Shown here: in pieces, positions 39,591 to 50,608 of the stretch
Layout: every line of letters begins with the position of its first letter
Position numbering within the stretch: the stretch's first letter is position 1
NCBI GenBank assembly: GCA_030614255.1
Contig: JAUWKI010000003.1
Coordinates: 15,368 to 79,367 of the forward strand
Length of the DNA: 64,000 bases
Direction: 5' to 3'
Source of the DNA: Actinomycetes bacterium
GTDB taxonomy: Bacteria > Actinomycetota > Aquicultoria > UBA3085 > Oleimmundimicrobiaceae
Position numbers and translations under genes: made by a program
Notes under the pieces: generated by a model
What the model was told of the DNA's origin: nothing
The model's database searches: none
The model's input: only the letters and a program-made list of their open reading frames with translations

Positions 39591-40559
39591 TTGAAAAAAG
39601 AGAACACTAAATCATTAAAACCGGTTTATATAATCTACGGAAAAGAAAAACTGCTTCTTGAGGAAGCGGTGGGCAGACTTAAAAAAAAGCTTTCCAATGT
39701 TGTGGATCTAACCCTAAATTACGAAGAATTCAGGGGAGCGGAAACGAGCGTTGATATTATTTTGGGAGCTGCGAATACGCCCCCTTTTCTTTCAGATAAG
39801 CGGCTTATAGTCGTCAAGGAGGCAGATAAATTAAAGGCCTCAGACGAGCTCATAAATTATCTCGAAAAACCACCTCCCTTTACTCATCTTATTTTGATGG
39901 CGGCTAAAATCGATAAAAGAAGCAGACTTTTTAAGACTGCGAAGAAAGAAGGTTACGATTACGAATTCAAGTCACCAAATCGAAGAGAGATGCCAGGGTG
40001 GATAGGGGAGAGGTTCTTGAAAAAGGGGAAGAAGATTAGTAGGGATGCAGTTAATTATCTTTGCCTAAATCTTGATAACGATTTAATGAGAATGCAAAGC
40101 GAAATTGAAAAAATATGTCTCTATCACGAGAACAGGAAGGAGCTCAATCTAGACGACATTCGACCTTTGATAAAAAAATCTTCAGAAAGCTCGATATTTG
40201 AGCTTGTTGATTTAATTGGTAAACGTCAAGAAGGTAAGGCTCTTGATGTCTTAAATAACCTGATACAGAGTGGGGAAAAGTTGCCTTTTATATTTCATAT
40301 GATGCTTCGGCAGTTTCGGTTACTCCTTAAAACCAAGGTTCTTCTGGAAGTTAGAAAGATTCCACATTCAAAGCTAATTCAAGAACTAAACTTGCACCCC
40401 TTTGTGGTTAGCAATTATCGAGAACAAAGCAGAAATTTCACCATCGAGCAACTTAAGAAGGCGCATAAATTGTTTTTAGAAGCCGAGGTTGATTTAAAAA
40501 CGGGCAAGAAGGAACCGCGATTAATATTAGAGACTTTGATTGCGAAGGCTTTAGATTAA
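39591..40559 (+). CDS. holA: DNA polymerase III subunit delta
   Basis: PVYIIYGKEKLL, PFLSDKRLIVVK, SIFELVD; comEC-holA-rpsT synteny. Confidence 0.93.
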   Translation: MKKENTKSLKPVYIIYGKEKLLLEEAVGRLKKKLSNVVDLTLNYEEFRGAETSVDIILGAANTPPFLSDKRLIVVKEADKLKASDELINYLEKPPPFTHLILMAAKIDKRSRLFKTAKKEGYDYEFKSPNRREMPGWIGERFLKKGKKISRDAVNYLCLNLDNDLMRMQSEIEKICLYHENRKELNLDDIRPLIKKSSESSIFELVDLIGKRQEGKALDVLNNLIQSGEKLPFIFHMMLRQFRLLLKTKVLLEVRKIPHSKLIQELNLHPFVVSNYREQSRNFTIEQLKKAHKLFLEAEVDLKTGKKEPRLILETLIAKALD

Positions 40560-40658
40560 ACCTTAAGAAATAAGGGTCTTAATAAAACCCAAGCTCAATT
40601 GAATAGTTTTTTGTCAGTTCGATAATTAACTGCACCATAACTGCGTATTTTTTTAAAT

Positions 40659-41198
40659 CTAGTTCTTCTTTTTTGTAGCAGTCTTAGCCGTGTTTTTCTT
40701 TGTTGTGGATGCTTTAGATGCGGTCTTCTTTGTTGTCGTTTTTTTAGCAGCTGCTTTAGTTGCAGGTTTCTTTGTCTTTGTTGATTTGGTGGAAATTTTG
40801 GCTGCTGTTTTTGTGGTAGCTTTCTTCGCCTTTGTCGATTTGGCCGGAGTTTTGGTGGCTGTTTTTAGGGTTTTTGGTTTTTCGACCGTTTCGGAAACAA
40901 CTTCAGGTGTCTTTTCAACTTTCTTCGCCGGTTTCTCTACCATAACACTCAGTCTTTTTACGAATTTTGCTTTTTTGTTGGCTGCGTTATTTTTGTGTAT
41001 TATCTTTTTTGAAGCAGCTTTGTCCAAAGCCCTTATAACGGTACTTAAAATATTTGATGCCTTTTCTTTATCGCCCTCTTTAGTGGCTTTGTTGAATGTT
41101 AAACTTAACGTCTTTAGTTCAGATTTTATGCTTTTGTTTTTAAGACGCCTTACCTCAGATTGTTTTGCTCTCTTAATTTGCGATTTAATATTTGCCAA
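40659..41198 (-). CDS. rpsT: 30S ribosomal protein S20 with ~90-aa Lys/Thr/Ala-rich tail
   Basis: MANIKSQIKR..NKSIKSELKT..IHKNNAANKK. Confidence 0.95.
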   Translation of the reverse strand: MANIKSQIKRAKQSEVRRLKNKSIKSELKTLSLTFNKATKEGDKEKASNILSTVIRALDKAASKKIIHKNNAANKKAKFVKRLSVMVEKPAKKVEKTPEVVSETVEKPKTLKTATKTPAKSTKAKKATTKTAAKISTKSTKTKKPATKAAAKKTTTKKTASKASTTKKNTAKTATKKKN

Positions 41199-41317
41199 AA
41201 GTTTTTCCTCCTATATATTTAAAAACAGTGGGAAGTATATCATATCATCCATGCTTCGACAAGATAATCAAAGGATGTGATATAATACTTTGATTATTAG
41301 AAGGAGTCAATTTAAGT

Positions 41318-42964
41318 ATGGAATCTTTCGATGAAGTAAGCGCCGAAGAGGCGGTAATATCTTCACCAATCTTACCCGAGGATAAAAAATCGGTTCAGAC
41401 ATCTTTCTTAGCCAAGGCAACGTTAATTGTTATGATAGCGACTTTGGGTAGTCGTATGTTTGGCTTTTTGCGAGAAGTGGTCATGGCTGCCTATTTTGGA
41501 AACGGAATGGCCGCAGATGCTTACAGGGTGGCTTATGCAATTCCAAATCTACTATTGCAACTTTTTGGGAGCGCAGCCATTGGTTCTGCTTTTATCCCGG
41601 TAATTACGAAGTATCTGACCGATAAAGACGATGAAGGTGTCAATGTGGTCGCGAGTAGTGTGATAAATCTTCTGACTTTGATTTTTGCTTTTTTTATGAT
41701 AATTTGTTTTGTTTTTGCTCCACAAATAAGTAAATTAATAGCTCCCGGGTTTGTAAGTGATGCTGCCAAGTTTAACCTAACCGTGCAAATGACCCGCATA
41801 ATGACTCCCGCAATTCTTTTTTTGGGGATGTCGGGTTTTGTGATGGGAATGTTGCATTCGTATAATCACTTCACAGCTCCGGCTGTTGCTCCCGTGTTTT
41901 TCAACATTTTAATCGTCTCTTCGATTGTAATTTTGACACCTAATGTGGGCCCGATTAGTTTAGCAGTTGGTGTTACGTTAGGTGCGTTAGCTCAATTTCT
42001 GTTCCAAGTACCTTTTTTACGAAACAGGGGTTGGACCTACTCTTTTAAATTATCGTGGAATCATCCTGGCGTAAAACAGATTGCGGCGCTTGTCGTTCCC
42101 ATTGTTTTCAGTTTGGCAAGTATCGAAATCAACGTATTTATTGATACTCGTTTTACATCAATCTTAGAAGCCGGGAGCGTTGCAGCTATACATTATGCTC
42201 TTAGGGTTTGGAATTTGCCCATGGGGATATTTGCGATTGCCATTTCAACTGTGCTTTTTCCTATGTTTTCAAGACAAGCTGCTTTAAAGGATTTATCCGG
42301 CTTGAAAGATTCATTTTCCTTGGGGCTAAGGGTGGTTTTTTTGGTAATGATTCCTGCCTCTGTTGGCTTGATAGTTCTTGCAAACCCTATTATTAAATTA
42401 CTTTTTGAAAGAGGAGCTTTTGGCATCGATGCAACCTCAGTGACCGCTTACGCATTGGTTTTTTATTCTTTTGGACTTACATCGGCCGGGGCGTTGCATC
42501 TAGTAAACAGAGCTTTCTATTCTCTCAAGGATACTCTGACCCCAACGATAGTCGCAGTTATTGCCATAACGGTTAATTATTTTTGTGATTGGGCTTTGGT
42601 TGGGCCTTTGAAGCATGGGGGGATAGCACTCTCAACATCGATTGTTATGACTTTTAACTTTTTGTGTCTGCTTATCATTATGAGGAAGCGAGTTGGTCAG
42701 ATGGGCGGACGCAAAATAGTCATCACCCTTTTTAAAATTTGTTTAGCTTCCGCGGTGCTTGGTGCGGGAGCATTTTATAGCTGGAAGTTAATGGTTTCTC
42801 TAGTTGGAGAATCTGCGCTTGGACAAGCTCTCTCCGTCGGCACGGGAATAGGTGTTGGAATTTTCGCCTACCTTTTAACCGCGAAAGTTTTAAAACTTGA
42901 AGAAATTTCAATTTTTACAAATTTAATTCGAAACAAATTTAAGAGAGGCAAGAAAACAAACTAA
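41318..42964 (+). CDS. murJ: Lipid II flippase MurJ
   Basis: SRMFGFLRE, ADAYRVAYAIPN, LFERGAF, RAFYSLKDT. Confidence 0.95.
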   Translation: MESFDEVSAEEAVISSPILPEDKKSVQTSFLAKATLIVMIATLGSRMFGFLREVVMAAYFGNGMAADAYRVAYAIPNLLLQLFGSAAIGSAFIPVITKYLTDKDDEGVNVVASSVINLLTLIFAFFMIICFVFAPQISKLIAPGFVSDAAKFNLTVQMTRIMTPAILFLGMSGFVMGMLHSYNHFTAPAVAPVFFNILIVSSIVILTPNVGPISLAVGVTLGALAQFLFQVPFLRNRGWTYSFKLSWNHPGVKQIAALVVPIVFSLASIEINVFIDTRFTSILEAGSVAAIHYALRVWNLPMGIFAIAISTVLFPMFSRQAALKDLSGLKDSFSLGLRVVFLVMIPASVGLIVLANPIIKLLFERGAFGIDATSVTAYALVFYSFGLTSAGALHLVNRAFYSLKDTLTPTIVAVIAITVNYFCDWALVGPLKHGGIALSTSIVMTFNFLCLLIIMRKRVGQMGGRKIVITLFKICLASAVLGAGAFYSWKLMVSLVGESALGQALSVGTGIGVGIFAYLLTAKVLKLEEISIFTNLIRNKFKRGKKTN

Positions 42965-44779
42965 ATGGATATATTAGATCCTCGAAGGATTCGGAACTTT
43001 TCAATAATTGCTCATATTGACCACGGAAAATCAACTCTTGCAGATCGTTTGCTTGAGATTACTCACACCATTTCTGAGCGAGAGATGAAAGAGCAGGTTT
43101 TAGACCGCATGGATTTAGAGCGCGAGCGCGGCATAACCATAAAAGCTCAGGCTGTAAGGATTTCCTATAAAGCCAAAGACGGGGAAAAGTACATTTTAAA
43201 CTTGATTGATACACCTGGGCACGTAGACTTCACGTACGAGGTCTCTAGAAGTCTTGCCGCATGCGAGGGAGCACTTTTGGTCGTTGATGCTTCCCAGGGG
43301 GTTGAGGCGCAAACTATAGCAAATACCCATCTTGCTTTAGACAATAATTTGGAGATAGTTCCCGTTCTTAACAAGATCGACCTACCCAGCGCTGAACCCG
43401 AAAGAGTTAAACACGAAATTGAAGAGAGTTTGGGAATTGATACATCTAATGCTCTCATGGTGAGTGCCAAAACAGGAGAAGGCATTGATGAGGTTCTAGA
43501 GGGCATAATTGAAATGATTCCCGCTCCCGACGGGGGTGCGGAGGCCCCTTTAAAAGCACTCATCTTTGACTCAATTTATGATTCCTACAGGGGTGTAATT
43601 ATTTTTGTTAGAATTTTTGATGGAAAGATTGAACCCGGTATGAAAATTAAAATGATGGCAACGGGAAAAGTTGCGGAAGTTGAAGACGTGGGGGTGTTTC
43701 GCCCCAACATGATGAGCGTTCCCAAGTTGTCCGTTGGTGAAGTGGGTTATGTCATAGCCGGAATTAAAAATGTGAAGGAAACAAAGGTAGGAGACACTAT
43801 TACTGAGGAAAAGCGGTCCACAAGTAAACCGCTTGCCGGATATCGAGAAGCAAAGCCGGTGGTCTTTTGTGGGCTCTATCCGCTAGATGGTGGTGAGTAT
43901 GAAACCTTGAGGGATGCGCTTGACAAACTTAAGTTAAATGATCCTTCCTTCGTTTATGAGCCGGAAACTTCAAGAGCTCTCGGGTTTGGTTTCCGATGCG
44001 GTTTTTTGGGTCTTTTGCATATGGAGATAGTGAAAGAGCGTTTAGAAAGAGAGTATAAACTCGATCTACTCGCGACTGCTCCTAACGTTGCATACAGTGT
44101 GGTGAGGGTCGGTAAGGCAGCGGAATTTATCAGTAACCCGGCAGATCTTCCCTCTCCTGGTGAAATAGAGAAAATTGAGGAACCCTACGTCTCGATTTCA
44201 ATTCTGCTTCCTCCGGAATTTGTTGGAGGAATTATGGACCTATGTCAGGATAGGCGCGGTGAATTCAAGGATATGCAGTATCTTAGCGTTAACAGAGTTC
44301 AACTTCACTATCACTTGCCTTTAAGCGAAATGATGTATGGTTTTTATGACTCTTTAAAGTCTCGCACCAGGGGCTATGGCTCGATGGATTATGAGCACAT
44401 TGGTTACAAAGAATCGGATTTAGTCAGATTGGACATACTGCTTGCCGGAGAACCAATAGATGCTCTCTCTTTTATAGTTCACAAAGACTCCGCGTATTTT
44501 CGGGGCAGGGAGCTTGTTAAAAAATTGAGGGAGATAATCCCACGTCAATTTTATGATGTCCCGATACAAGCGGCCATAGGAAACAAAATACTGGCTCGTG
44601 AAACCATAAAAGCTAAACGCAAGGATGTTTTGGCTAAATGCTATGGAGGAGACATTACTCGCAAAAGGAAGCTCCTTGAAAGACAAAAGGTGGGCAAAAA
44701 GAGGATGAAGAGTTTGGGCAAGGTTGAGGTTCCACGAGAAGCCTTTTTGGCAGTTCTAAAGGTAGATAAAGAGAAATAG
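42965..44779 (+). CDS. lepA: Elongation factor 4
   Basis: [31 protein letters not shown]. Confidence 0.98.
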   Translation: MDILDPRRIRNFSIIAHIDHGKSTLADRLLEITHTISEREMKEQVLDRMDLERERGITIKAQAVRISYKAKDGEKYILNLIDTPGHVDFTYEVSRSLAACEGALLVVDASQGVEAQTIANTHLALDNNLEIVPVLNKIDLPSAEPERVKHEIEESLGIDTSNALMVSAKTGEGIDEVLEGIIEMIPAPDGGAEAPLKALIFDSIYDSYRGVIIFVRIFDGKIEPGMKIKMMATGKVAEVEDVGVFRPNMMSVPKLSVGEVGYVIAGIKNVKETKVGDTITEEKRSTSKPLAGYREAKPVVFCGLYPLDGGEYETLRDALDKLKLNDPSFVYEPETSRALGFGFRCGFLGLLHMEIVKERLEREYKLDLLATAPNVAYSVVRVGKAAEFISNPADLPSPGEIEKIEEPYVSISILLPPEFVGGIMDLCQDRRGEFKDMQYLSVNRVQLHYHLPLSEMMYGFYDSLKSRTRGYGSMDYEHIGYKESDLVRLDILLAGEPIDALSFIVHKDSAYFRGRELVKKLREIIPRQFYDVPIQAAIGNKILARETIKAKRKDVLAKCYGGDITRKRKLLERQKVGKKRMKSLGKVEVPREAFLAVLKVDKEK

Positions 44780-44796
44780 GAATTAAGGTTGGATTT

Positions 44797-45966
44797 ATGG
44801 TGCTAAATAAGCCCCTTGGTTTATACATACATATTCCTTTTTGTAAGCAAAGGTGCAGCTACTGCGATTTTAATTCGCACTCGGGTCTTGAAGATTTATA
44901 TGACCAATATATTAAGTCTATTTGCGTGGAAATTGAAAAATCTGTTCAAGAACAGACAACTTTCAGCGAGGTTGTTTCGATTTATTTTGGTGGTGGCACT
45001 CCTTCTATTTTGCCCACACATTGTCTTGAGAAAATTCTTACGACCTGTTCTTCATTATTTCGCGTTTCAGAAAGGGCCGAGATAACTATCGAGGCAAATC
45101 CTGAAACGATAACGCGGGAGAAATTGAAAAAATTAAAGACCGCGGGGTTCAATCGCCTGAGCATCGGGGCACAGTCCTTTGACGATGAATTGTTAAAAAT
45201 TTTAGGTAGAAAACATTCTTCAAAAGAGGTTAATAAGTGTTATTCGTATGCCAGAGAAGTTGGTTTCGATAACATTAATTTGGATTTAATCTTTGGAATT
45301 CCCGAGCAAACCATAGGTTGCTGGAACGACACGCTGGAAAAAACAGTTGGGCTTGGTCCCGACCATATTTCTGCTTACGGTCTTGAGGTTCATCAAGAAA
45401 CCGTATTGTGCAAGCAGATAGATGATGGTTTGTTTAAGGTATCTGAAGAAGATATTCAAGCCGATATGTATCTTAACTGCATTACATTTTTAAGTGATAA
45501 AAGAATGATTCAGTATGAACTGTCGAACTTTGCTAAGCCTGGCAAAGAATGCAAACATAATCTGTTATATTGGAGAAACGAAAATTACCTTGGCTTTGGT
45601 GCCGGGGCTCATTCTCATATCGATAATCTACGATTTAAGAATGCAGATAATCCAATTAGCTACATTAAAAAACTAAAAACCGGTCAAGATGTTTCGGAAA
45701 AATATGAAGAATTATCAGATAGTATTGCTTTAAGCGAAACTATCTTTTTGAATCTGAGACTTATAGACGGCATTAACTTAGAAGAATTTGAGGCAAAATT
45801 TGGTTTTAAATTGCACGATGTTTATTCAAGACAGATAGACGACTTGGTAAAAAAAGAACTTCTTGTTTACCACCCGCCATCGGGGGCAGGCGGAGAAAAC
45901 CTTAGATTAACAAAGAAAGGCCTACTTTTGGCCAACCAAGTTTTTGCCGAGTTTATACCTGATTGA
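44797..45966 (+). CDS. hemW: Radical SAM heme chaperone HemW
   Basis: LYIHIPFCKQRCSYCDF, GGGTPS, YELSNF, HNLLYW. Confidence 0.93.
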   Translation: MVLNKPLGLYIHIPFCKQRCSYCDFNSHSGLEDLYDQYIKSICVEIEKSVQEQTTFSEVVSIYFGGGTPSILPTHCLEKILTTCSSLFRVSERAEITIEANPETITREKLKKLKTAGFNRLSIGAQSFDDELLKILGRKHSSKEVNKCYSYAREVGFDNINLDLIFGIPEQTIGCWNDTLEKTVGLGPDHISAYGLEVHQETVLCKQIDDGLFKVSEEDIQADMYLNCITFLSDKRMIQYELSNFAKPGKECKHNLLYWRNENYLGFGAGAHSHIDNLRFKNADNPISYIKKLKTGQDVSEKYEELSDSIALSETIFLNLRLIDGINLEEFEAKFGFKLHDVYSRQIDDLVKKELLVYHPPSGAGGENLRLTKKGLLLANQVFAEFIPD

Positions 45967-45991
45967 CATACCGAATTTAGGGTGATACGTT
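45963..45991 (+). promoter_or_regulatory. Promoter of hrcA operon
   Basis: TTGACA-17 nt-TACGTT with extended TG. Confidence 0.65.
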
Positions 45992-46000
45992 AATAAAATG

Positions 46001-46027
46001 TTAGCAGTCTATTAAGGAGAGTGCTAA
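46001..46027. promoter_or_regulatory. CIRCE operator overlapping the hrcA SD
   Basis: TTAGCAGTC-N9-GAGTGCTAA, one mismatch to consensus. Confidence 0.93.
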
Positions 46028-46028
46028 A

Positions 46029-47066
46029 GTGCGAGCTCTTGATAGTCGTAAGGAATTTATTTTAAAAACTGTTGTTGAGGATTACATTGAGTACGCGGAA
46101 CCCGTTGGCTCACAACGGATTGTTGAAGACTATGGTTTAAAAGTTAGTTCCGCTACTGTTCGCAACGAGCTTGCTTTCTTAGAAAAAGCGGGCTACTTGT
46201 TGCAGCCGCACACGTCGGCCGGGCGAATTCCCACGGACAATGGATACCGATATTATGTAGACGAGTTGTTTGAAAAAAACAAAGATTTTACTTTTTCTGA
46301 TGAAAAATCTGTTTTTAAAATTTTCTCCGCATTAGACAATGAACTTGAGATGCTTATGCGTGAGGCCTCATGTTTATTATCGAAACTTACCAACTATGCA
46401 GCTTTTGTTCTTGCCCCTTGCACAAAAGAAAATTACTTAAAACATATAGACTTAGTGCTGATTCGTGCCCACACAGTTTTGGTAGTTCTGATAACAAATA
46501 CCGGTCATGTTTCAAAAAGATTCATAGACTTCGATTACGAGTTGTCCCAGAGCTCTCTTCATAGTTTGGAGATTTTGCTCAATGAAAGACTTGCCAATCT
46601 GGGAGCAAGAGAGATTGCTACGGTCGGGCAAAGCTTAATTGAATTTTCACCCGAGGTTCGAAATGTGGCCGGAAAGGTAATGGAACACATCTTAGGTTGT
46701 CTTGTCGGCGATGATTATGAACGGCTTTTTCTTAGAGGAACTTCGAATATAATGTTGCAACCGGAATTTCAAAATTCAAGAAAGTTCAAAATAATCTTGG
46801 AAATATTGGAACAAGGTGATATTATTGCAAACTTATATAGTGATATTCCAAAACCTGGTCTTGTATCAGTGAAGATAGGTCATGAAAACCTTAAGGAAGA
46901 AGTTAGTGAGTGTAGTCTAGTGGTTGGCGCTTATGGCGCAAAGGGTCAAAATTTAGGCGCTTTAGGGGTTTTAGGCCCGACTCGTCTGGATTATTTTCGC
47001 GCGATATCGGTAGTAAGTGGTATTTCTAGAAGCTTAAGTTATTTTATCGAATCTTTATATGTTTAG
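46029..47066 (+). CDS. hrcA: Heat-inducible transcription repressor HrcA
   Basis: PVGS, SSATVRNE, QPHTSAGRIPTDNGYRYYVD, GVLGPTRLDY. Confidence 0.97.
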   Translation: MRALDSRKEFILKTVVEDYIEYAEPVGSQRIVEDYGLKVSSATVRNELAFLEKAGYLLQPHTSAGRIPTDNGYRYYVDELFEKNKDFTFSDEKSVFKIFSALDNELEMLMREASCLLSKLTNYAAFVLAPCTKENYLKHIDLVLIRAHTVLVVLITNTGHVSKRFIDFDYELSQSSLHSLEILLNERLANLGAREIATVGQSLIEFSPEVRNVAGKVMEHILGCLVGDDYERLFLRGTSNIMLQPEFQNSRKFKIILEILEQGDIIANLYSDIPKPGLVSVKIGHENLKEEVSECSLVVGAYGAKGQNLGALGVLGPTRLDYFRAISVVSGISRSLSYFIESLYV

Positions 47067-47069
47067 GGG

Positions 47070-48152
47070 ATGTTGATGGGAAAAAGAGATTATTATGATG
47101 TATTGGGTACAAATAGAGATGCAACCGAGAGGGAGATAAAGAAAGTCTATCGTAATCTTGCGCGTAAATATCACCCTGATGTCAACTGTGTCGATGCCGA
47201 TGCTGAAGAAAAATTCAAGGAAATTGTCGAAGCTTATGAGGTGCTTTCTGATTCGGAGAAGCGGTGTCAATACGATAATTTCGGTCACACAAAAGCAGGG
47301 ATGAGTTTCGATGGTTCCGGTGTCTTTGATGACATTTTCGGGATGGTTTTTAGAGACTTCGGGTTTCAAAACAGAACACGCCCGATGAAAGAAAGGGGTT
47401 CCAACTTAATTTTCGAAGTTGCCATTGAGCTTGAAGAAGTTTATCGAGGTGTCGAGAAGGTCGTAACTATTAAAAAAGCTGCTATGTGTGGGGAATGTAA
47501 CGGTAGCGGGGCTGAGCACGGAACTCATGCCGAAACCTGTACTTTGTGTGGAGGTTCAGGCTTTATTCGGACAACTCATAGGAGTCTTTTTGGAAACTTG
47601 GTAAAAACCCAGACATGCAAAGAGTGCGAGGGTAGAGGGAGAACCATTTCTTCCGTCTGTTCAGTTTGTGGCGGAGAAGGGCGAGTTAATGAAAGTTGTG
47701 ACATTACAGTCGAGATTCCAGCCGGAGTGCCCTCAGGGTCGCGACTTAAAATTACAGGTCAGGGTGAGGCGGGATTTCGTGGAGGTCCTGCGGGAGACTT
47801 ATATATAAGTGTTTATGTTAAACCCCATCAGTTTTTTGAAGTGAACGGTAGCAACACAGTTTGTAATTACACCATTAGTTTTAGTCAGGCTGCTCTTGGA
47901 GCGACAGTTGAGATTTTGACTCTCGATGGGAAGGAAAAATTCAAGATTCCCCCAGGGGTTCAAAGCGGAACAATCTTTAACTTAAAAGGGAAGGGCTTGC
48001 CGTATCTTAACAGTAGAAAAAAAGGGGATCAACTGGTAAGAGTTGTTGTTGCTACCCCTACCAAGTTAAATGAAGCACAAAAAAAATTGTTGAAAACTCT
48101 TGCCGAAATTGGCAAAGAAGATTTGGGTTTAAAAAAGAGAATCCTCAATTAG
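47070..48152 (+). CDS. dnaJ: Chaperone DnaJ
   Basis: HPD J-domain, four CxxCxGxG repeats. Confidence 0.96.
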   Translation: MLMGKRDYYDVLGTNRDATEREIKKVYRNLARKYHPDVNCVDADAEEKFKEIVEAYEVLSDSEKRCQYDNFGHTKAGMSFDGSGVFDDIFGMVFRDFGFQNRTRPMKERGSNLIFEVAIELEEVYRGVEKVVTIKKAAMCGECNGSGAEHGTHAETCTLCGGSGFIRTTHRSLFGNLVKTQTCKECEGRGRTISSVCSVCGGEGRVNESCDITVEIPAGVPSGSRLKITGQGEAGFRGGPAGDLYISVYVKPHQFFEVNGSNTVCNYTISFSQAALGATVEILTLDGKEKFKIPPGVQSGTIFNLKGKGLPYLNSRKKGDQLVRVVVATPTKLNEAQKKLLKTLAEIGKEDLGLKKRILN

Positions 48153-48171
48153 TTTGTGAGGTATTTCTATT

Positions 48172-48267
48172 TTGAAATGGGTTGAGTTAACCTTAACTGT
48201 TCCTCGTCAAGATGAAGCACTTATGATAGCAATTTTTTCTTTTTTGGTTCTCGGTGTTTGCTTTTGA
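48172..48267 (+). pseudogene. prmA: Probable prmA (L11 methyltransferase) N-terminal relic
   Basis: SD GTGAGGT, then TTG start giving MKWVELTLTVPRQDEALM..; sits at the dnaJ-prmA-rsmE-mtaB position. Confidence 0.5.
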
Positions 48268-48369
48268 TAACAATGGAGAAAAGGACTTATTTTGCATTCA
48301 TTTAGTCGATTTTTTAAAAGTTGAAGCACTCATGGAAAAAGTATTTTAAAAGTGTATTAGGAGATAAAA

Positions 48370-49677
48370 GTGCTTAAATTTGCAATATGTACTTTAGGGT
48401 GCAAGGTGAACCAATATGAGTCAGAGTGTATCGCCGGTGATTTTATGCGCCGAGGTTTTAACCTGGTTAATTTCACGGAACCTGCTGATATATATATCAT
48501 AAATACCTGCACAGTAACGAATATAACGGAAGCGAAGTCTAGAAAAATAATAAGACGAGCAGCAAGAAAAAATCCAGGAGCTTTCATCGTGGTAACCGGT
48601 TGTTATGCTGAGCTAAAATCCGATGACATAAAAGCCATTGGATGCGTTGATTTGGTGGTGGGAAACGGTGGAAAGGCCGATGTGGCCCATTTGGTCTCAG
48701 AAGCGTTGTCGGTCTCAGATGTTGTCGAAGTAGTTAAATTATTAAAAAAGCCAAATTTTCATACCCGCGCGTTGGTAAAGATTCAGGATGGCTGTGACCA
48801 GTTCTGTTCTTACTGCATAGTCCCATATACAAGAGGTAGTTTAAAAAGCAGAGATCCAAGAGAGGTCGTTACTGAAGTTGAAAGACTTGTTGAGTCGGAA
48901 GTTAAGGAGGTAGTGTTAACCGGTATTCATCTTGGGAAGTATGGGTGGGATTTGAATGAGAAAGATGCTTTGGAGAAGTTGCTTCTTAAATTGAATGATG
49001 TTGCGGGTCTGGAAAGAATACACTTGAGTTCGATAGAGCTAAAAGAGTTAACACCTGGTTTAATTTCACTGATGGTCTCCGAGTCTAAAATTTGTCGCCA
49101 TCTCCATATACCGCTTCAGAGCGGTTCGGATAAAATTTTACGCTCCATGAACAGGAATTATACTGCGAATGATTTTATTGAGACGGTAGGGCAAATCAAA
49201 AATTTGGTTCCGGAAGTTGCGATAACGACGGATGTGATAGTTGGGTTTCCCGGCGAAACGGAAGAGTGTTTTCAGCAGACAGAATCGTTAGTCAAAAGAG
49301 TGGGTTTCAGAAAGTTGCATGTATTTCGTTTTTCGCCTCGCAGTGGGACAAGGGCTGCCGAAATGAGTGATAAAATTCCCGATTTCACTAAAAAAAGTCG
49401 CTCTTATCGGCTTATAAAAACTGGGGAAATGTTGGCAGACGACTTCTTAAATCAATTTCTTGGCAGGAAATTGGAGGTTTTAGTTGAAAGGTTTAATGAT
49501 AAAAAACTGTTGACAGGTCTTACCGATAATTATATGAGGGTTAATTTTGAGGGTTTTGATAGATTATGGGGACAGATTGCAAGTATCCAAGCATTGAAAG
49601 TTCAAAACGGCGAAATTTATGGCAAAATTATGGATGAAGACAAGGCCGATAGTGTCGCCGTTGTAAATCAAATTTAG
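48370..49677 (+). CDS. mtaB: tRNA t6A37 methylthiotransferase MtaB
   Basis: TLGCKVNQYES, INTCTVT, KIQDGCDQFCSYCIVP. Confidence 0.93.
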   Translation: MLKFAICTLGCKVNQYESECIAGDFMRRGFNLVNFTEPADIYIINTCTVTNITEAKSRKIIRRAARKNPGAFIVVTGCYAELKSDDIKAIGCVDLVVGNGGKADVAHLVSEALSVSDVVEVVKLLKKPNFHTRALVKIQDGCDQFCSYCIVPYTRGSLKSRDPREVVTEVERLVESEVKEVVLTGIHLGKYGWDLNEKDALEKLLLKLNDVAGLERIHLSSIELKELTPGLISLMVSESKICRHLHIPLQSGSDKILRSMNRNYTANDFIETVGQIKNLVPEVAITTDVIVGFPGETEECFQQTESLVKRVGFRKLHVFRFSPRSGTRAAEMSDKIPDFTKKSRSYRLIKTGEMLADDFLNQFLGRKLEVLVERFNDKKLLTGLTDNYMRVNFEGFDRLWGQIASIQALKVQNGEIYGKIMDEDKADSVAVVNQI

Positions 49678-49689
49678 GAGGAGTTTAAA

Positions 49690-50034
49690 ATGACAGGGTG
49701 TATTTTTTGCAAAATTATCCAGGGCCAAATTCCGAGCGAAATTGTTTACGAGGATGACAATGTAGTTGCTTTTCGTGATATCAATCCTCAGGCAAGAATT
49801 CATATCGTGATTGTGCCCAGAAAACACATTAATCCGATGAATGAAATCAATGAAGGCCAAGCTAAAATATTTTCTGATATTTTTTTAGCGGCGAAGAAAA
49901 TTGCTGTTCAACAAAAGATTGGACAACGTGGTTTTAGAATGATAGTGAACGTGGGTCCTGATGCTGGTCAAGAGATTGAACATCTACATTTCCATCTACT
50001 TGGTGGAGAAAAATTGGGCAAATTGGTGGGATAG
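49690..50034 (+). CDS. HIT family nucleotide-binding protein
   Basis: CIFCKI, AFRDINPQA, HLHFHLLGG. Confidence 0.95.
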   Translation: MTGCIFCKIIQGQIPSEIVYEDDNVVAFRDINPQARIHIVIVPRKHINPMNEINEGQAKIFSDIFLAAKKIAVQQKIGQRGFRMIVNVGPDAGQEIEHLHFHLLGGEKLGKLVG

Positions 50035-50044
50035 GGGAGGAACT

Positions 50045-50512
50045 ATGGGTCTCAAAGAAGACATAAGATTGCATATGAAAGAAGCGTTGAAGGCTTCTTT
50101 AAAAGATGGTAACGAAAAAATTAGGTTATCTACTTTAAGATTGCTAATGGCTGAGATAAAAAATGTCGAAATTGAAAAGAAAGAAGAGCTTTCTGACGAG
50201 GAAATAATCGAGGTGGTTTCAAGACATATAAAGAAACGCAAGGAAGCCATCGAGAGCTATCAGAAATTCGAGAGGATGGATGCTGCTCGGAAAGAACAGA
50301 AGGAACTAAGCATCCTTCAATCATATATGCCGGCTCAACTTGCCGAAAAAGAGATAAGGGATATTATAACTGAAGCAATTAAAAATATGGGAGCATGTGA
50401 GCCAAGAGATATGGGCAAGGTAATGAAAGAGGTAATGCCTCGTTTAAAAGGCCGAGCGGATGGGAAAATAGTAAACAAGCTGGTAAGGGAACTGCTAGTG
50501 GGAGAGGATTGA
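50045..50512 (+). CDS. yqeY: GatB/YqeY domain protein
   Basis: ATG at 50045 with SD GGGGAGG; DMGKVMKEVMPRLKGRADGK. Confidence 0.93.
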   Translation: MGLKEDIRLHMKEALKASLKDGNEKIRLSTLRLLMAEIKNVEIEKKEELSDEEIIEVVSRHIKKRKEAIESYQKFERMDAARKEQKELSILQSYMPAQLAEKEIRDIITEAIKNMGACEPRDMGKVMKEVMPRLKGRADGKIVNKLVRELLVGED

Positions 50513-50608
50513 AGCGAAAGCGCTCATTGAGCGGGAGTATTTATCGACCTTATGGTCGATGCTTGATATAATTTGATTAATAGTCGCATAAAGTGAGGAA
50601 ATGTTGGA

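Noticed and set aside
40690-41280. 196-aa hydrophobic + strand ORF
   Set aside because: Antisense shadow of the Lys-rich rpsT; likewise 15064-15390 opposite rplU
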